This document shows, piece after piece, positions 9,364 to 19,871 of a stretch of DNA of 64,000 nucleotides. Position numbers and translations under genes: made by a program. Position 1 is the first letter of the stretch, and each line of letters opens with the position of its first letter. A model generated the notes under the pieces. That model worked only from the letters and a program-made list of their open reading frames with translations. It did not search any database and was not told the origin of the DNA. Source of the DNA: an uncultured Verrucomicrobiae bacterium (GTDB lineage Bacteria > Verrucomicrobiota > Verrucomicrobiia > Chthoniobacterales > JAFAMB01); NCBI GenBank assembly GCA_963750185.1, contig CAVVPV010000004.1, positions 137,584 through 201,583 of the forward strand, given 5' to 3'.

Positions 9364-10134
9364 ATGAAACTTTCTCAAGTTGGAGCGCAGCTCTACACCG
9401 TACGGGACCATATCAAGGATGCAGCCGGACTTGCACGCGCCGTTAAACGCCTCGCGTCTTTCGGTTACCGCGCTGTTGAGCTGGTTCATTCGGACACGAT
9501 AAGCGACCAGGAAGTCGCAAAGATATGCAGTACCGTCGGAGTGGCAGTCGCCGCCGCGCACCTTCCCGCGCAAATTGTGTTGGAGCACCCGCAGGCGGCT
9601 ATAGAGAAACTGCAGACTGTCAACGCAAAGATCGGTGTATACGGATTTCCCAGGGGTGTCGATTTCGCCTCGAGATCCTCCGTCGAGGCTCTCGCGGAAG
9701 GGTTACAGAAGAGCGCGGGGTTATTCAAGGCGGCGGAACTAACCCTGGCCTATCACAATCATGCGGTCGAATTTACTCGCATCGGTAATGAACTGGCGTA
9801 TGAAATCATCCGGTCCGGAGCGCCTGGCATTGCCTACGAGCTTGACACCTACTGGGTGCAATATGGCGGGATGAGCCCTTTGCACTGGACTCGGACACTC
9901 GGCGAGCAACTGGTCAGTCTGCACTTGAAAGACTATGGAGTGCCGAACAAGCACGGGGAGGCGCCCTTCATGACCGAAGTCGGCGCGGGTAATCTCGATT
10001 TTCCCCCGATCGTCGCGGAGGCCGAAAGGAACGGTTGCGAATGGTTCATCGTGGAGCAGGATTTCACTCCGGGGGATCCATTCGATTCGCTCGAGCGCAG
10101 CTTCGAGCATATCGTGACGGATCTTATCCACTGA
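9364..10134 (+). CDS. Sugar phosphate isomerase/epimerase (xylose-isomerase-like TIM barrel)
   Basis: AQLYTVRD, YHNH.VEF, ELDTYW, LHLKD and IVEQD metal-binding motifs. Confidence 0.9.
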   Translation: MKLSQVGAQLYTVRDHIKDAAGLARAVKRLASFGYRAVELVHSDTISDQEVAKICSTVGVAVAAAHLPAQIVLEHPQAAIEKLQTVNAKIGVYGFPRGVDFASRSSVEALAEGLQKSAGLFKAAELTLAYHNHAVEFTRIGNELAYEIIRSGAPGIAYELDTYWVQYGGMSPLHWTRTLGEQLVSLHLKDYGVPNKHGEAPFMTEVGAGNLDFPPIVAEAERNGCEWFIVEQDFTPGDPFDSLERSFEHIVTDLIH

Positions 10135-10159
10135 CTTTGCTGAGGTATACCTCGGAAGT

Positions 10160-10307
10160 CTCCTTTGCCAAAGAAGGTACCCGCCTTGTCGTCTCCGGTC
10201 TACGGCCCGAAGAGATCGCCGATACCATCGTCTTTGTCGCCTCGCAAAAAGCTTCATTCATCACCGGAGCCTCGATTGCCGTCAATGGCGGCAAGTCGGC
10301 CCTCTAG
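10160..10307 (+). pseudogene. SDR oxidoreductase remnant (N-terminal piece joined to the C-terminus)
   Basis: FAKEGTRLVVSG is joined directly to RPEEIADTIVFVASQKASFITGASIAVNGG. Confidence 0.65.
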
Positions 10308-10400
10308 ACCCAAGTGATGTTCAGCGCCCAACGGTGGGACAATCATCGTGAACGGTTCCACCGTTTCCATGGTGACGGTCGAGGCAATAGCAGGGAGACT

Positions 10401-10865
10401 TTAGAAAAACGACGGGCCGCCTGTGCCGATCCATCTTGCGATATACTCGCCGAATCGAGCCACCTTACCAAGGTTCGGAGTGTCCACTGAAACGTAGCCC
10501 TGATTGCTTACGAAATGACCCGTCTTCGTGTCGTACACCATGACGCCTTTAAGCTCCAAGTCGCTGTATGGATTGCTTTCATCGACCCTGGAAAGAAAGC
10601 TGGCTGTGGTTTCAGAGTTTATTAGCTTTGGATAAAGGCCCCCATATGGAAACAATTTTGACGTCTCCACAGCCAAATACCTGGGTTCGGTCCCAAAACG
10701 CGCCCCATTTTGATCCCAATAGGTTCGCGCACGCCCTTCGGCGAGCTGAATTTCGTTCGTGGTCGGAAAATAGGTATCAATAGCGAAGTTCCGATTGTCC
10801 ACGCCGTTACCTGCGGCACAGCCGAGAATGGTTAGGCAGAGACAAATCAGAATTATCGGTTTCAC
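10401..10865 (-). CDS. Hypothetical lipoprotein
   Basis: Hydrophobic N-terminus ending in lipobox-like ILGC; GTG start inferred. Confidence 0.6.
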   Translation of the reverse strand: MKPIILICLCLTILGCAAGNGVDNRNFAIDTYFPTTNEIQLAEGRARTYWDQNGARFGTEPRYLAVETSKLFPYGGLYPKLINSETTASFLSRVDESNPYSDLELKGVMVYDTKTGHFVSNQGYVSVDTPNLGKVARFGEYIARWIGTGGPSFF

Positions 10866-11131
10866 AGCGACAACGTTAACTAGCGAACGGCAAAGCGCCA
10901 ATTTTCCATTTCACGCTGAGCCAGGACAGTTTCGATCGGAGGGCTGATGCGGTTTGTACCGTCCTGCACGAGTCACTGCGGTCGTGCTTTTCGGTATCTC
11001 CTGCAAGCTTGCAAATCTTTTCAAACTCAATCTGGGCGCCAACAGGCCTTCGAGGACACGGCACTTTTACACAATTGGGCGTTGGCTGTCCTGATTGCGC
11101 CAATTCATTCGTCGCAGAGGTGGAGATCAAA

Positions 11132-11545
11132 ATGAATAAACTCGTTTCTCTCTTATTGGAAAACGACGTGGCTAAGCGACAACCGGCTGAGGTATTTCAA
11201 TCGGAAAAACTCTTGGCGGCAAGCCGCCGGCCGACAGCGATTCTCGGTGTTGATTCTCGTCGTGCGGCTGGGCGATATGTGCAACAAGTTCGAAGATCGT
11301 TTGGCAGTTGTCTTCTCCAAAGTGCGCTTGTTCGCGTTCGGACCGGAATCGCGCCGCTGACGAGGAAGCCGCCTCAATATAAACGAGACATGTCGGTCTC
11401 CAGTTTCGTACTCGTGCTTGTCTTTGTCGGAGTCGCGCTGGCCGCTTTTACTGACCGGTCGCCGGAATTTTCTTCGTTCCAGGGGCCTGGTGGCGCAACC
11501 CCTCCAGCCGTCCGGACTCAGATGGGACACATGCATCGCAACTGA
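11132..11545 (+). CDS. Hypothetical protein with one hydrophobic segment
   Basis: ORF preceded by GGAG; no recognisable family. Confidence 0.3.
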   Translation: MNKLVSLLLENDVAKRQPAEVFQSEKLLAASRRPTAILGVDSRRAAGRYVQQVRRSFGSCLLQSALVRVRTGIAPLTRKPPQYKRDMSVSSFVLVLVFVGVALAAFTDRSPEFSSFQGPGGATPPAVRTQMGHMHRN

Positions 11546-11564
11546 GGCCGGGTAAAGTCCTACA

Positions 11565-12068
11565 TCATTCGAACCAATAATCCAACGTTCCGTCGGACCC
11601 TTTTCCAAAGTCGCCTTCAAAGCCGCCCTCGCCGCGCAGCCCGGAAAGATCACCTCTCCCCGATCCGGGAACGACAAACCATGTCGCCTTGACCTTGCCG
11701 TTCTCGACGATTTCCTGACCTTGAAGCACAAAGGTGCCCTGGCGTCCGCCGAGCTTTCCGCGGAATCGTTGCTCGCTGACGAGGCTGGCAGATTGATCTT
11801 CGAGTAGGACCTGTAAAGCCCGCACCGTTGCTTCGCCATTGATATCTCCGGTGAACGTTTCGCTTAAACGGATCTCCATTAAGGCCGGGCTCGCGGTTTG
11901 GTCGTAGGGCTTGGCTTCAGAACTGTGCACGGTAATCTTTGTTTCAGCTCGTGCGCGCGTACGCGGCTTTACGGTTTTCACGTCCTCTTGGTCCTTTGCC
12001 TGCGGACTCCCCGCGAATAGCAGAGTGCAGAAAGTTACGAGGGACAGGATCAGAATTCTTATAGTCAT
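11565..12068 (-). CDS. DUF3224 domain protein with signal peptide
   Basis: ETFTGDINGE...FRGKLGGRQGTFVLQ...VVPGSGRGDLSGLRGEG. Confidence 0.75.
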   Translation of the reverse strand: MTIRILILSLVTFCTLLFAGSPQAKDQEDVKTVKPRTRARAETKITVHSSEAKPYDQTASPALMEIRLSETFTGDINGEATVRALQVLLEDQSASLVSEQRFRGKLGGRQGTFVLQGQEIVENGKVKATWFVVPGSGRGDLSGLRGEGGFEGDFGKGSDGTLDYWFE

Positions 12069-12373
12069 GTTCATTACCTCCATGAAGGCTCATATATTCG
12101 GCGGACCAAGGCCCAGTAGGAGTACTCCGATACTCGCCTTCGAGGATAAGGACTTCCGTTGTTATTAGTTGTATCTACGTGGTTCGCTCATTATGCGCCC
12201 GAGCTGAGTTCAGCTCTTTCGGGCTTTGGAACACTATGACAAGGTTTTTCCCATCGAAGGCGGTCTGAAAATCCGATGAATCGGCGTCAGCACGGCCATT
12301 GGCATCGCGAGATATCTCGGCTAGATTCCTGATGGTGTCGCGAGGAAGCCAAAGTTGTTCGAGTTTATACGCA

Positions 12374-13414
12374 ATGAAGTCCGGTGGAGCAAGCTTAGTT
12401 CCGCTTGAATTGGCGGGTGAGGGGCGGTTTGTGATTCCACGCAATGAATTCACTCCCGCCTATGTGAAAACATACGAGGAGGGACGGTTGCAAGAGAAAG
12501 CAGAAGAGGCGCTTGAGATGTTGCGAAGCTGTCAGGTCTGCCCGCGCGATTGCGAGGTTAACCGGCTGGAAAATGAGACCGGCGTATGCAAAAGCGGGCG
12601 GCTTGCGCGCGTGACAAGCGCGTTCACGCACTTCGGAGAGGAGGATTGTCTCCGTGGATGGAACGGGTCGGGAACGATCTTTTTCGCCTGGTGCAATCTG
12701 CGGTGCGTCTTCTGCCAGAACTTTGAAACAAGCCAACAGGGCGACGGCACCGAAGTCTCGGCGGCGCACCTTGCGGCGATTATGTTGCGGCTACAAAGCG
12801 CCGGCTGCCACAACATTAACTTCGTCACGCCGGAGCACGTGGTACCGCAGATTTTGGAGGCGCTGCTCGTAGCAATCAACGGTGGGCTGCGGCTGCCGCT
12901 GGTCTATAACACCAGCTCATACGACAGTATGAACAGCATCCGGCTCATGGATGGGGTGGTCGACATTTACATGCCGGATTTCAAGCTCTGGGATTCGCAG
13001 CGCAGCCTTAAATACCTGCTGGCGCGCGATTATCCCGACGCTGCGCGCCGGGCTCTGAAGGCGATGCATGAGCAAGTGGGTGAGCTGCGCGTCGACGAAA
13101 ATGGCCTTGCGCTTCGGGGCGTGATCGTGCGCCATCTGGTGATGCCGGGGCTGCTCGACGACACAGCCGGGATCGTGCGCTGGGTCGCTGGCGAGATGTC
13201 GCCCGACACTTACTTGAACCTGATGGACCAATATTATCCGGCATGGAAAGCGAAGACCGAGGCGAAGTTTTCCGACATCAACCGCGAGATCCTGGAGAGC
13301 GAGTTTGAGCAGGCGCTGGCTTACGCACGAGAGGCCGGCTTGTGGCGGTTGGACAGGCGTTGGCGCCGCGTGCAGCCGAGGCTCGAGTTTATCGAGATTC
13401 CCGCGGCGGGTTAA
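12374..13414 (+). CDS. Radical SAM protein, PflX-like putative activating enzyme
   Basis: CxxxCxxC (CNLRCVFC), N-terminal CQVCPRDC, GSGTIFF, VDIYMPDFK, VRHLVMP. Confidence 0.85.
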   Translation: MKSGGASLVPLELAGEGRFVIPRNEFTPAYVKTYEEGRLQEKAEEALEMLRSCQVCPRDCEVNRLENETGVCKSGRLARVTSAFTHFGEEDCLRGWNGSGTIFFAWCNLRCVFCQNFETSQQGDGTEVSAAHLAAIMLRLQSAGCHNINFVTPEHVVPQILEALLVAINGGLRLPLVYNTSSYDSMNSIRLMDGVVDIYMPDFKLWDSQRSLKYLLARDYPDAARRALKAMHEQVGELRVDENGLALRGVIVRHLVMPGLLDDTAGIVRWVAGEMSPDTYLNLMDQYYPAWKAKTEAKFSDINREILESEFEQALAYAREAGLWRLDRRWRRVQPRLEFIEIPAAG

Positions 13415-13668
13415 AGCTGTCGGCAGGTTGGTCAATAGAAATTCGAATTCTTCGCGAAAGTCTGGCCAATCCCGATTCGAGCGCTCATCGCTGCTCCTGC
13501 AGCTGCAGAGCCTGGAAATTCGCGAGCGCGTTAGCGCGTGAAATTCCCAGTCTAACGCAATTTGATCGTTGGCGACGACCGCGGTGAATTTCCCCTCAAT
13601 GATTGGTGATAAGGGAGAAGGTTCGGTTATACTTGTGTATGACTACGATCGTCGCCGTTTCGTCGCGA

Positions 13669-14109
13669 ATGGAGCAGCCGAAGGTGAATCAATTGCTCGG
13701 TCCGGCATTGAAGAGTCTTTATGACATCGAAGTTTATCTCAAAAAATCGACGCTCGAGGCTGAACTTCGAGAATTGGTGAAGCTGCGTGTCTCCCAGATT
13801 AATCGGTGTGCTTATTGCATTATCTATCATCGCAGAGATGCTCTCAGGCTTGGAGTCACTGAACGAAAGATTCATCTTCTTAACGCCTGGCAGGAGGCGT
13901 CCGAATATTCGGATCGAGAGCGCGCCGCGCTGGCCTGGGCGGAAGCGGTCACGTTAATCTCTGTGCATCATTTGCCCGACGAGGTCTACGAGCAAGCCGT
14001 CCGCATTTTCTCCGAACAGGAACTCGTTGACCTCAACCTCGCCGTGATGAGCATTAATTCGTGGAACCGGCTTTCGATCGCTTTTCGGTACGAACCGGAA
14101 CGCGAATGA
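13669..14109 (+). CDS. Carboxymuconolactone decarboxylase / AhpD-like protein
   Basis: ELVKLRVSQINRCAYC, ERAALAWAEAVT, INSWNR. Confidence 0.85.
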   Translation: MEQPKVNQLLGPALKSLYDIEVYLKKSTLEAELRELVKLRVSQINRCAYCIIYHRRDALRLGVTERKIHLLNAWQEASEYSDRERAALAWAEAVTLISVHHLPDEVYEQAVRIFSEQELVDLNLAVMSINSWNRLSIAFRYEPERE

Positions 14110-14180
14110 GATTGAGGTAACAATGTTGACGTAAGCACCGAAGGGGCTCGCTCCGTCGGCGCCGTGAAGCAGCCTTGTCG

Positions 14181-15683
14181 TCAGAGGTGCGTGAAAAACG
14201 GGAGCCCTAAGGGAGCGTAAGATACCCCTCGCATGACCGTCCCACTCTCCGCGGTGCGGAGCACTTCAAATTTCTCGCCCGCTGCCGCGGCTGCATTTGC
14301 AGCGGAGAGTTTATCAGTAATCACAACCAACTGATTCGGGTCCGCGCCTTGGTCCCCGGAGCCACTGACCGTCGAAGTCACGGCATAAATCGTGACCGTG
14401 CCGTCACGGTTCACCTTTCCTGCAATCTGTCGCAGACCATCTGGGGCGGGAGCCCAGTTCAGACCGGTTACCGGGTTGATACCAGTCGGATAGCCTGGCA
14501 CAGTGTAAGTCTGTCCAAGGCTTAGCCCCGCGGTCAGAGTGTAAGCCAGTTGCCACGTGCTACCAACCAGGACCCACTTTTGTAAACCACCAGTGCCGGT
14601 CGCCGCATCGGCCAACGTGCCGTCCCCTTCGTCGGCGACGTAAAGAGTTGTTGAATTCGCGAACCAAATACCGAAGGGATAATAAACCGTACCGCTCGTG
14701 CTCTTGGCGAGCGTTGTTGAAAATCCGGGCAGAATGGTGATCTCGGTCGTTGCCGCCGAAGCGAACGTGGGCAACTCTCCCGTCGTTCCGACTTGAAACA
14801 CGGTGTTAATGCCGTTGCTTCCGCTCCCTTTGCTGACATAAAGCGTCCCATTGAAAATGGTAATCCCACGGAAATTATCGTCTTTCCCAGAATTATCTGC
14901 CGCGTAACCGTACTGAGTCACAGAATATCCGTATTGAAATCCTTTCGCTGCACCAACCGTCCCTTGCAATTGGCCAACAACGGTCGAATCGCTCCCCCCG
15001 AATATCTGAAGAATTTGCACGCCGGTGTTATCCACAATTTGCGGTAAGCCTTTCGTCGTGCCATTCCCGGCGTTGCCGGTCATATAGAGAATCCCCTTCG
15101 AAAGGATTGCACCTCGGCCATTGTTGCCGCTATAAGCGTTCACAGGCTGACTCCAAACGTCGCCAAGGCCGTCAACGAGACCAATCGCACGCTGGTAGGT
15201 CGACGGAACCGGGTTTGAAGGATCAAAATGTCCAGGAGTGTTCGAATTGGATACGTCTAATGTGTTGACCGGTGCGACGTACCCCATGAATGTTAGCGCG
15301 GAATTGTCCAAAGAAAGATGTATCCCCAGTTCAGACTTGGAGCTGAAACTTGTGGTCATTTTATTTGTCGGTACAGGCAAATGGCGAACGACTTCTCCGT
15401 GGCTCGTCAATTCCAAAAGATAAATCGGTGAGGTAATCCCAAAGCTCGAATCCACAGTTGCATTGTTGAATACTTCCGGAAAACCGCCGTCAGCGATCGC
15501 GACAACGCCGGTTGGAAGCATCGTCGTTCCGGCAACGATTAAAGATGGGTACCCAGCGTAAACGGACTCGGTGACGACGAGGTTGTCGCTATCACGAGCC
15601 GGACGGAACCCGGGAAATTGCGGATCGGATTCAGCCGTTAAAATCGGCGCCACGAGCAAGGTGCTCACAGCGGCGAATCTCAC
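14181..15683 (-). CDS. Secreted Gly/Thr-rich hypothetical protein, probably beta-propeller-like
   Basis: Signal-peptide-like N-terminus; blade-like motifs (LYVSKGSG, TLYVADEG, TIYAVTS); start uncertain. Confidence 0.65.
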   Translation of the reverse strand: MRFAAVSTLLVAPILTAESDPQFPGFRPARDSDNLVVTESVYAGYPSLIVAGTTMLPTGVVAIADGGFPEVFNNATVDSSFGITSPIYLLELTSHGEVVRHLPVPTNKMTTSFSSKSELGIHLSLDNSALTFMGYVAPVNTLDVSNSNTPGHFDPSNPVPSTYQRAIGLVDGLGDVWSQPVNAYSGNNGRGAILSKGILYMTGNAGNGTTKGLPQIVDNTGVQILQIFGGSDSTVVGQLQGTVGAAKGFQYGYSVTQYGYAADNSGKDDNFRGITIFNGTLYVSKGSGSNGINTVFQVGTTGELPTFASAATTEITILPGFSTTLAKSTSGTVYYPFGIWFANSTTLYVADEGDGTLADAATGTGGLQKWVLVGSTWQLAYTLTAGLSLGQTYTVPGYPTGINPVTGLNWAPAPDGLRQIAGKVNRDGTVTIYAVTSTVSGSGDQGADPNQLVVITDKLSAANAAAAAGEKFEVLRTAESGTVMRGVSYAPLGLPFFTHL

Positions 15684-15911
15684 AATATGGGCAATCAACC
15701 GGACAGGAGGGAATACCCATGAGTCAAATTCGAGGGATCGATAAATCGACATATTGCGGAAATCACAACACAGCAATGTTACAGGTTCGTGTCGAAGAAG
15801 TGATAAAAACAAATATTTTGGCCCAGAAAAAACATTCGTGTCACCAGGGACAAAACCAGGAAATCCGGACGCTTGAAATCGGTTGGATATTATTCGCTAA
15901 ATTATGACATA

Positions 15912-16403
15912 ATGAATGTTGAGACTTTTAGCATGATGACGCCCGAAAAGCTTCATAAGCGCATCGATGCCGATCTACGCGCGGCATTTCGGTTTTTGGT
16001 GACGGGCATTGGGGCCGACGAAGGAAGCCTCTGGATTTTAGATCCAGACGGAAGGAAATTGCGTGTAGCCCTCAATTCCGGAAGCCGCTACTCAGAGCTT
16101 GAACTGGCCCTCGCCACGAACATTGATGGCAGCCAGGTGGGCCGCTGCTTTAAAGAGGAGCGAATCATCCGGGACACATCGACGTTCGGCGGCCCGGAGC
16201 GAGATCTTTCGATCGATAAAGCTCTCCATCAGCGGACTTTTTATCAAATTTCGGTTCCATTTCACATGGGCGATAAGTTGCTAGGAGTCCTCTCTGTCAT
16301 TCAGGATCAGAGCGCGAAAAAGTCGATCGAATGGGGTTTCCAAAGCGACGATGTCGATAAGACACTGACGACTGCAAAGATTCTTGCGAGGCTTTTGTCA
16401 TAG
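15912..16403 (+). CDS. Stand-alone GAF domain protein
   Basis: ADEGSLWILD...SQVGRCF...ISVPFHMGDKLLGVLSV. Confidence 0.7.
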   Translation: MNVETFSMMTPEKLHKRIDADLRAAFRFLVTGIGADEGSLWILDPDGRKLRVALNSGSRYSELELALATNIDGSQVGRCFKEERIIRDTSTFGGPERDLSIDKALHQRTFYQISVPFHMGDKLLGVLSVIQDQSAKKSIEWGFQSDDVDKTLTTAKILARLLS

Positions 16404-16601
16404 ACAATCGCTGACTTGACGTGATCCGGTTTGCTGGAGATTCCAGCTGGCTATTCAGCCACGGTCCTTTCGAAGGTTACGGCAAAAAACTTTGAGATAG
16501 AATGTCCAGAACGTGCCGGTTCGTTCGTCGTAATCTGGAAGTGAACGGTCCGCCTGATTTCAGGCGACAGAAAAGCTTCTCACAGGAGAACACGCACACA
16601 G

Positions 16602-17108
16602 ATGAACACCGAACCAAAGATCGAACATCGAAATGAGCTGCCCTACATGGGGATCCGAGCGCAGGTTACAATGCAAGAATTGGGAAAAGTGCTGCCGCCA
16701 CTCTGGGGTGAAGTGTATGGCTGGTTGGCGAGCAAAGGCTTAAAGCCCGCCGGCGCGCCTTTGTGGCGCTATCGCGTCATTGATATGGCGGCGAAGTTGG
16801 AGATTGACGTAGCCGTTCCGGTTGCAGCGGCTGTGATAGGCGATAACCGCATCATTGCAGACATTCTGCCGGCAGGACGCTATGCCACTCTCATCTACAC
16901 CGGACCTTACGAGGGTCTCATGCGGGCGACCTCTGATCTGTTGGCTTGGGCAGAGAAGAAAGGCATTGTTTGGGACAAGCGGCCTGAAGGTCTCAAAAGC
17001 GAGGCTTGGCGGGCACGTGTCGAGAACTACCTTACCGACCCAACCAAGGAGCCGGATCCAGCGAAATGGGAAACAGAGCTAGCGTTTAAGCTGGCGGATG
17101 ATCAATGA
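16602..17108 (+). CDS. GyrI-like small-molecule-binding domain protein
   Basis: LPAGRYATLIYTGPY...ENYLTDP...WETEL; RBS AGGAG. Confidence 0.8.
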   Translation: MNTEPKIEHRNELPYMGIRAQVTMQELGKVLPPLWGEVYGWLASKGLKPAGAPLWRYRVIDMAAKLEIDVAVPVAAAVIGDNRIIADILPAGRYATLIYTGPYEGLMRATSDLLAWAEKKGIVWDKRPEGLKSEAWRARVENYLTDPTKEPDPAKWETELAFKLADDQ

Positions 17109-17635
17109 GCGGGTTGAAAACCGAACAACAGTGGTCCCGAGTGAGTATGACCGGGAAAAAAGGACTAATCGGGCTGGCTTTCTTGTGCGTGGCTATTCCG
17201 CTTATGCTGGTTGCACAACCGGTTGAGAAAAAGACGTTGGTGGGGGTGTGGGACGTGCAGATATCCGCGGGGGGCGTGCCACCACCGCCTCTGTTGAGCA
17301 TTGCGAGCTTTGGCGGGGACGGCAGCTTTACTACGACCGGTAACACCAAATTTTCGCTCGCGCCGCCGAACCAAGGCCTTGCGGATGAGCGCGGTCCCGG
17401 ATACGGCCGCTGGGCGCAAACGGGCGACAGAGAGTTCAAACTGACGTTTTACGCGGTGCTATTGAAGGACGGCGAAGTGAACGGATACCTGCAAGTCCAT
17501 AGCACCTTGATCTTGTCCGAGTCAGGGAACGAGTTTACGACCGGCGACTGCAAGGTGGACTTTTTGGATGCAGACCGGAAGGTTTTGGACAGCGACAACG
17601 ATCAGGTGAAAGGCACAAGACTAGAAACACCGTAA
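17105..17635 (+). CDS. Secreted hypothetical beta-barrel protein
   Basis: Signal peptide; LVGVW...GYGRWAQTGDREFKLTF; ATGA overlap with the upstream gene. Confidence 0.6.
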   Translation: MSGLKTEQQWSRVSMTGKKGLIGLAFLCVAIPLMLVAQPVEKKTLVGVWDVQISAGGVPPPPLLSIASFGGDGSFTTTGNTKFSLAPPNQGLADERGPGYGRWAQTGDREFKLTFYAVLLKDGEVNGYLQVHSTLILSESGNEFTTGDCKVDFLDADRKVLDSDNDQVKGTRLETP

Positions 17636-17864
17636 ACGCCGATGGCAAATTGAGCCCCGGCGTTCTCCGACCGGAGCCAGTCGCGCAATTCTCTCCGAGT
17701 CGGAGTCGCCAATGCCTTGGGAGTCTCGAGCCTTGCCGTCGTTCGGGTGCCCCCTTCGCGGCTGTTGATCGTTGATCGAACCTGGCCGCCGAACAGCTGG
17801 GGATGGCCTCCATTCTGCCGCGCTTTGCCACTAATTTAATTGATTCCTGGGGCTCCGCTGCGCT

Positions 17865-18287
17865 CCATAAGCGCTAACTTGAGTAAAATCCTACAGCGAA
17901 AGAGAGTATCCTGTCCCGGAGGGACCAAATGAAAGTAGCCTGGCACGAAGTGCCTAGAAACAAGAGAAAGCGGATCCGTCCCGGAGGGACGGTTGATCTG
18001 CTCACTAGTCCCAGAGATATTTTTCGTGGAACTTTACATTCGTGCGCTTTTAAAAACGCCAGATACTCCTCTTGAAAAGTTCGAGTCCGAAGATATTTCG
18101 CCTGAGATCGAGGAAAGGAGAAATGACACATTTGCAAGAAATCTGATCAACCGTCCCTACGGGACTGGACGGGTCTTTCTTCTTTTTCCAGGCACTTCGT
18201 GCCAGGCCGCCTTCGCAGCGACTCGACTGAGCTCGCCGAAGTCCTTCGGCGCTTAAGACCGCTGCCATTTTAAGTTAGCGCTTATGG
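17865..18287. mobile_element. Non-autonomous inverted-repeat element enclosing an IS200/IS605-type (Y1) transposase C-terminal remnant
   Basis: Outer IR CCATAAGCGCTAACTT (17865) / AAGTTAGCGCTTATGG (18272); inner palindromic arms GTCCCGGAGGGAC and GCCTGGCACGAAGTGCC; minus-strand RTFQEEYLAFLKAH resembles the TnpA C-terminus. Confidence 0.6.
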
Positions 18288-18529
18288 GGATCGCCTCCAT
18301 CCCCGGTTCGCCCTTCGCTTGGGTACTTGACAAAGCATAACCGGCCAGCAACCTTTCATTTATAGCCATGAAGCTATTGGTTTCTATGCGCACAGCGCCT
18401 GACGCAATCTTCAAGTCTTTTAGACTTACTCGAAAGGTTGGACTAATGACTATGGCCGCAACGGGCTGAGGGCTATGCCTCCCCCTGCGGGTATAGGGCC
18501 GGCTGGCGAAACGAAGGAACGGAGAGAAC

Positions 18530-18961
18530 ATGAAGCCGACAAGTCATCCGAATAGCGGAGCCGCTTCAGCGAACATCACCAGGCGGATTCAGGAGCTAGC
18601 GGATTGGAGAGGGGAGACCCTCGCTCATGTCCGTCAGCTCATCCACGATGCCGACCCCGACATCCAGGAGGAGTGGAAATGGGAGAAGCCAAAATCCCCC
18701 GGAGTCCCCGTCTGGTCCCATGACGGCATCGTCTGCACAGGGGAGTCGTACAAGCAGGCGGTGAAGCTCACCTTCGCTCGCGGAGCCTCCATCAAAGACC
18801 CGAAGAAGCTCTTCAATTCTAGCCTGGAAGGGAACACGCGGCGTGCGATCGACCTCCGCGAAGGGGAGAAGATCGACGAAGCTGCCTTCAAGCAACTCAT
18901 TCGCGCCGCGGTGGAGACCAACTCCGCAGCGCGCGCTCAACGGGCAACCAAGAAGAAGTAA
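18530..18961 (+). CDS. DUF1801 domain protein
   Basis: DWRGETL...EEWKW...PVWSHDGIVCTGESYKQAVKLTF...GNTRRAID. Confidence 0.85.
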   Translation: MKPTSHPNSGAASANITRRIQELADWRGETLAHVRQLIHDADPDIQEEWKWEKPKSPGVPVWSHDGIVCTGESYKQAVKLTFARGASIKDPKKLFNSSLEGNTRRAIDLREGEKIDEAAFKQLIRAAVETNSAARAQRATKKK

Positions 18962-19751
18962 GCCCGGGATCTGAACGGTGATACCGTGGAAGAGTTAACG
19001 TATCGCATAAGTTTTGATGAACGCGATTCAGCCGGCAAGCAGCGCTTTGTCCTGAGACGGATTACGGGCCCCGAGGCTGTTGACTCGCACGCACCCGGCA
19101 CAATCGTTACCCAGGGAACTACTGGCGAGACCGCGACCACTGCATCCGGTCTCCGTCTTTGGGCTGGCAAGGCGGGCGACCCCTTCTGGATTGAACCTGA
19201 TGTGCTGCACGCAGTTGGTCACGCGTTCCAGGACGGGACCAAGGTCGATCTATCTGGCTGGGACCCAGCCCATGCGAAAAACCTGTTTGCCGGCCATACG
19301 GTCTACTCGACCGTGCTGGAAGTGCCCGACGAAGAACTGCCCCCTGAGAAAGGAGAAAACCGCCGCATCGGTGTGTGGGCCGTGTCAACAATGGCCACCG
19401 ATGCCGGAGGATGGCGCTCAATAAATCGGTCCATCCGACGATTTCGGAACGTACGGCAAAACCGTCATCAAGGCCGTTGCCGGTGCTGTCGCTGCTAATG
19501 GAACTGCTGAGGATCCCGAGGCCTACGCGGTGAAAGTCGCTCATCGGATCTTTCCCAATATACTTCCCTATACGGTCGGCACTCCGGCCCTGTTCGGCTT
19601 CGCAGAGTGGAACGGTCGATCTTTAATCGATAACGCACCGGACGTCATGTTTTCGTTCGCGTCAAACAGTCCCGTTCGGCTCGGTATTGGAAAGGAGTCG
19701 GTCACCTTGAAGCCCACAAAGGTGTTCCCGTATGTTGCTCCCGTCTCTTAG
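18962..19751 (+). pseudogene. DUF4331-like protein, N-terminally truncated with an internal deletion/frameshift at ~19430
   Basis: LWAGKAGDPFW in frame 1; NGRSLIDNAPDVMFS...FPYV C-terminus in another frame. Confidence 0.6.
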
Positions 19752-19871
19752 AGAGAGCGACTGAGATTAAGCCGGTTTGCTTTGGATATGGTCCCTGTGT
19801 GTGGACCGGCGTGAAGGGCGCCACGGACGTTGCGAACAACCTTGACTTCTTTAACCACTGTCCAGCCAAAT

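Noticed and set aside
19752-19871. Cobalamin or NiCo riboswitch upstream of the Ni/Co transporter
   Set aside because: The leader is short and shows no recognisable B12-box or conserved riboswitch core by eye.
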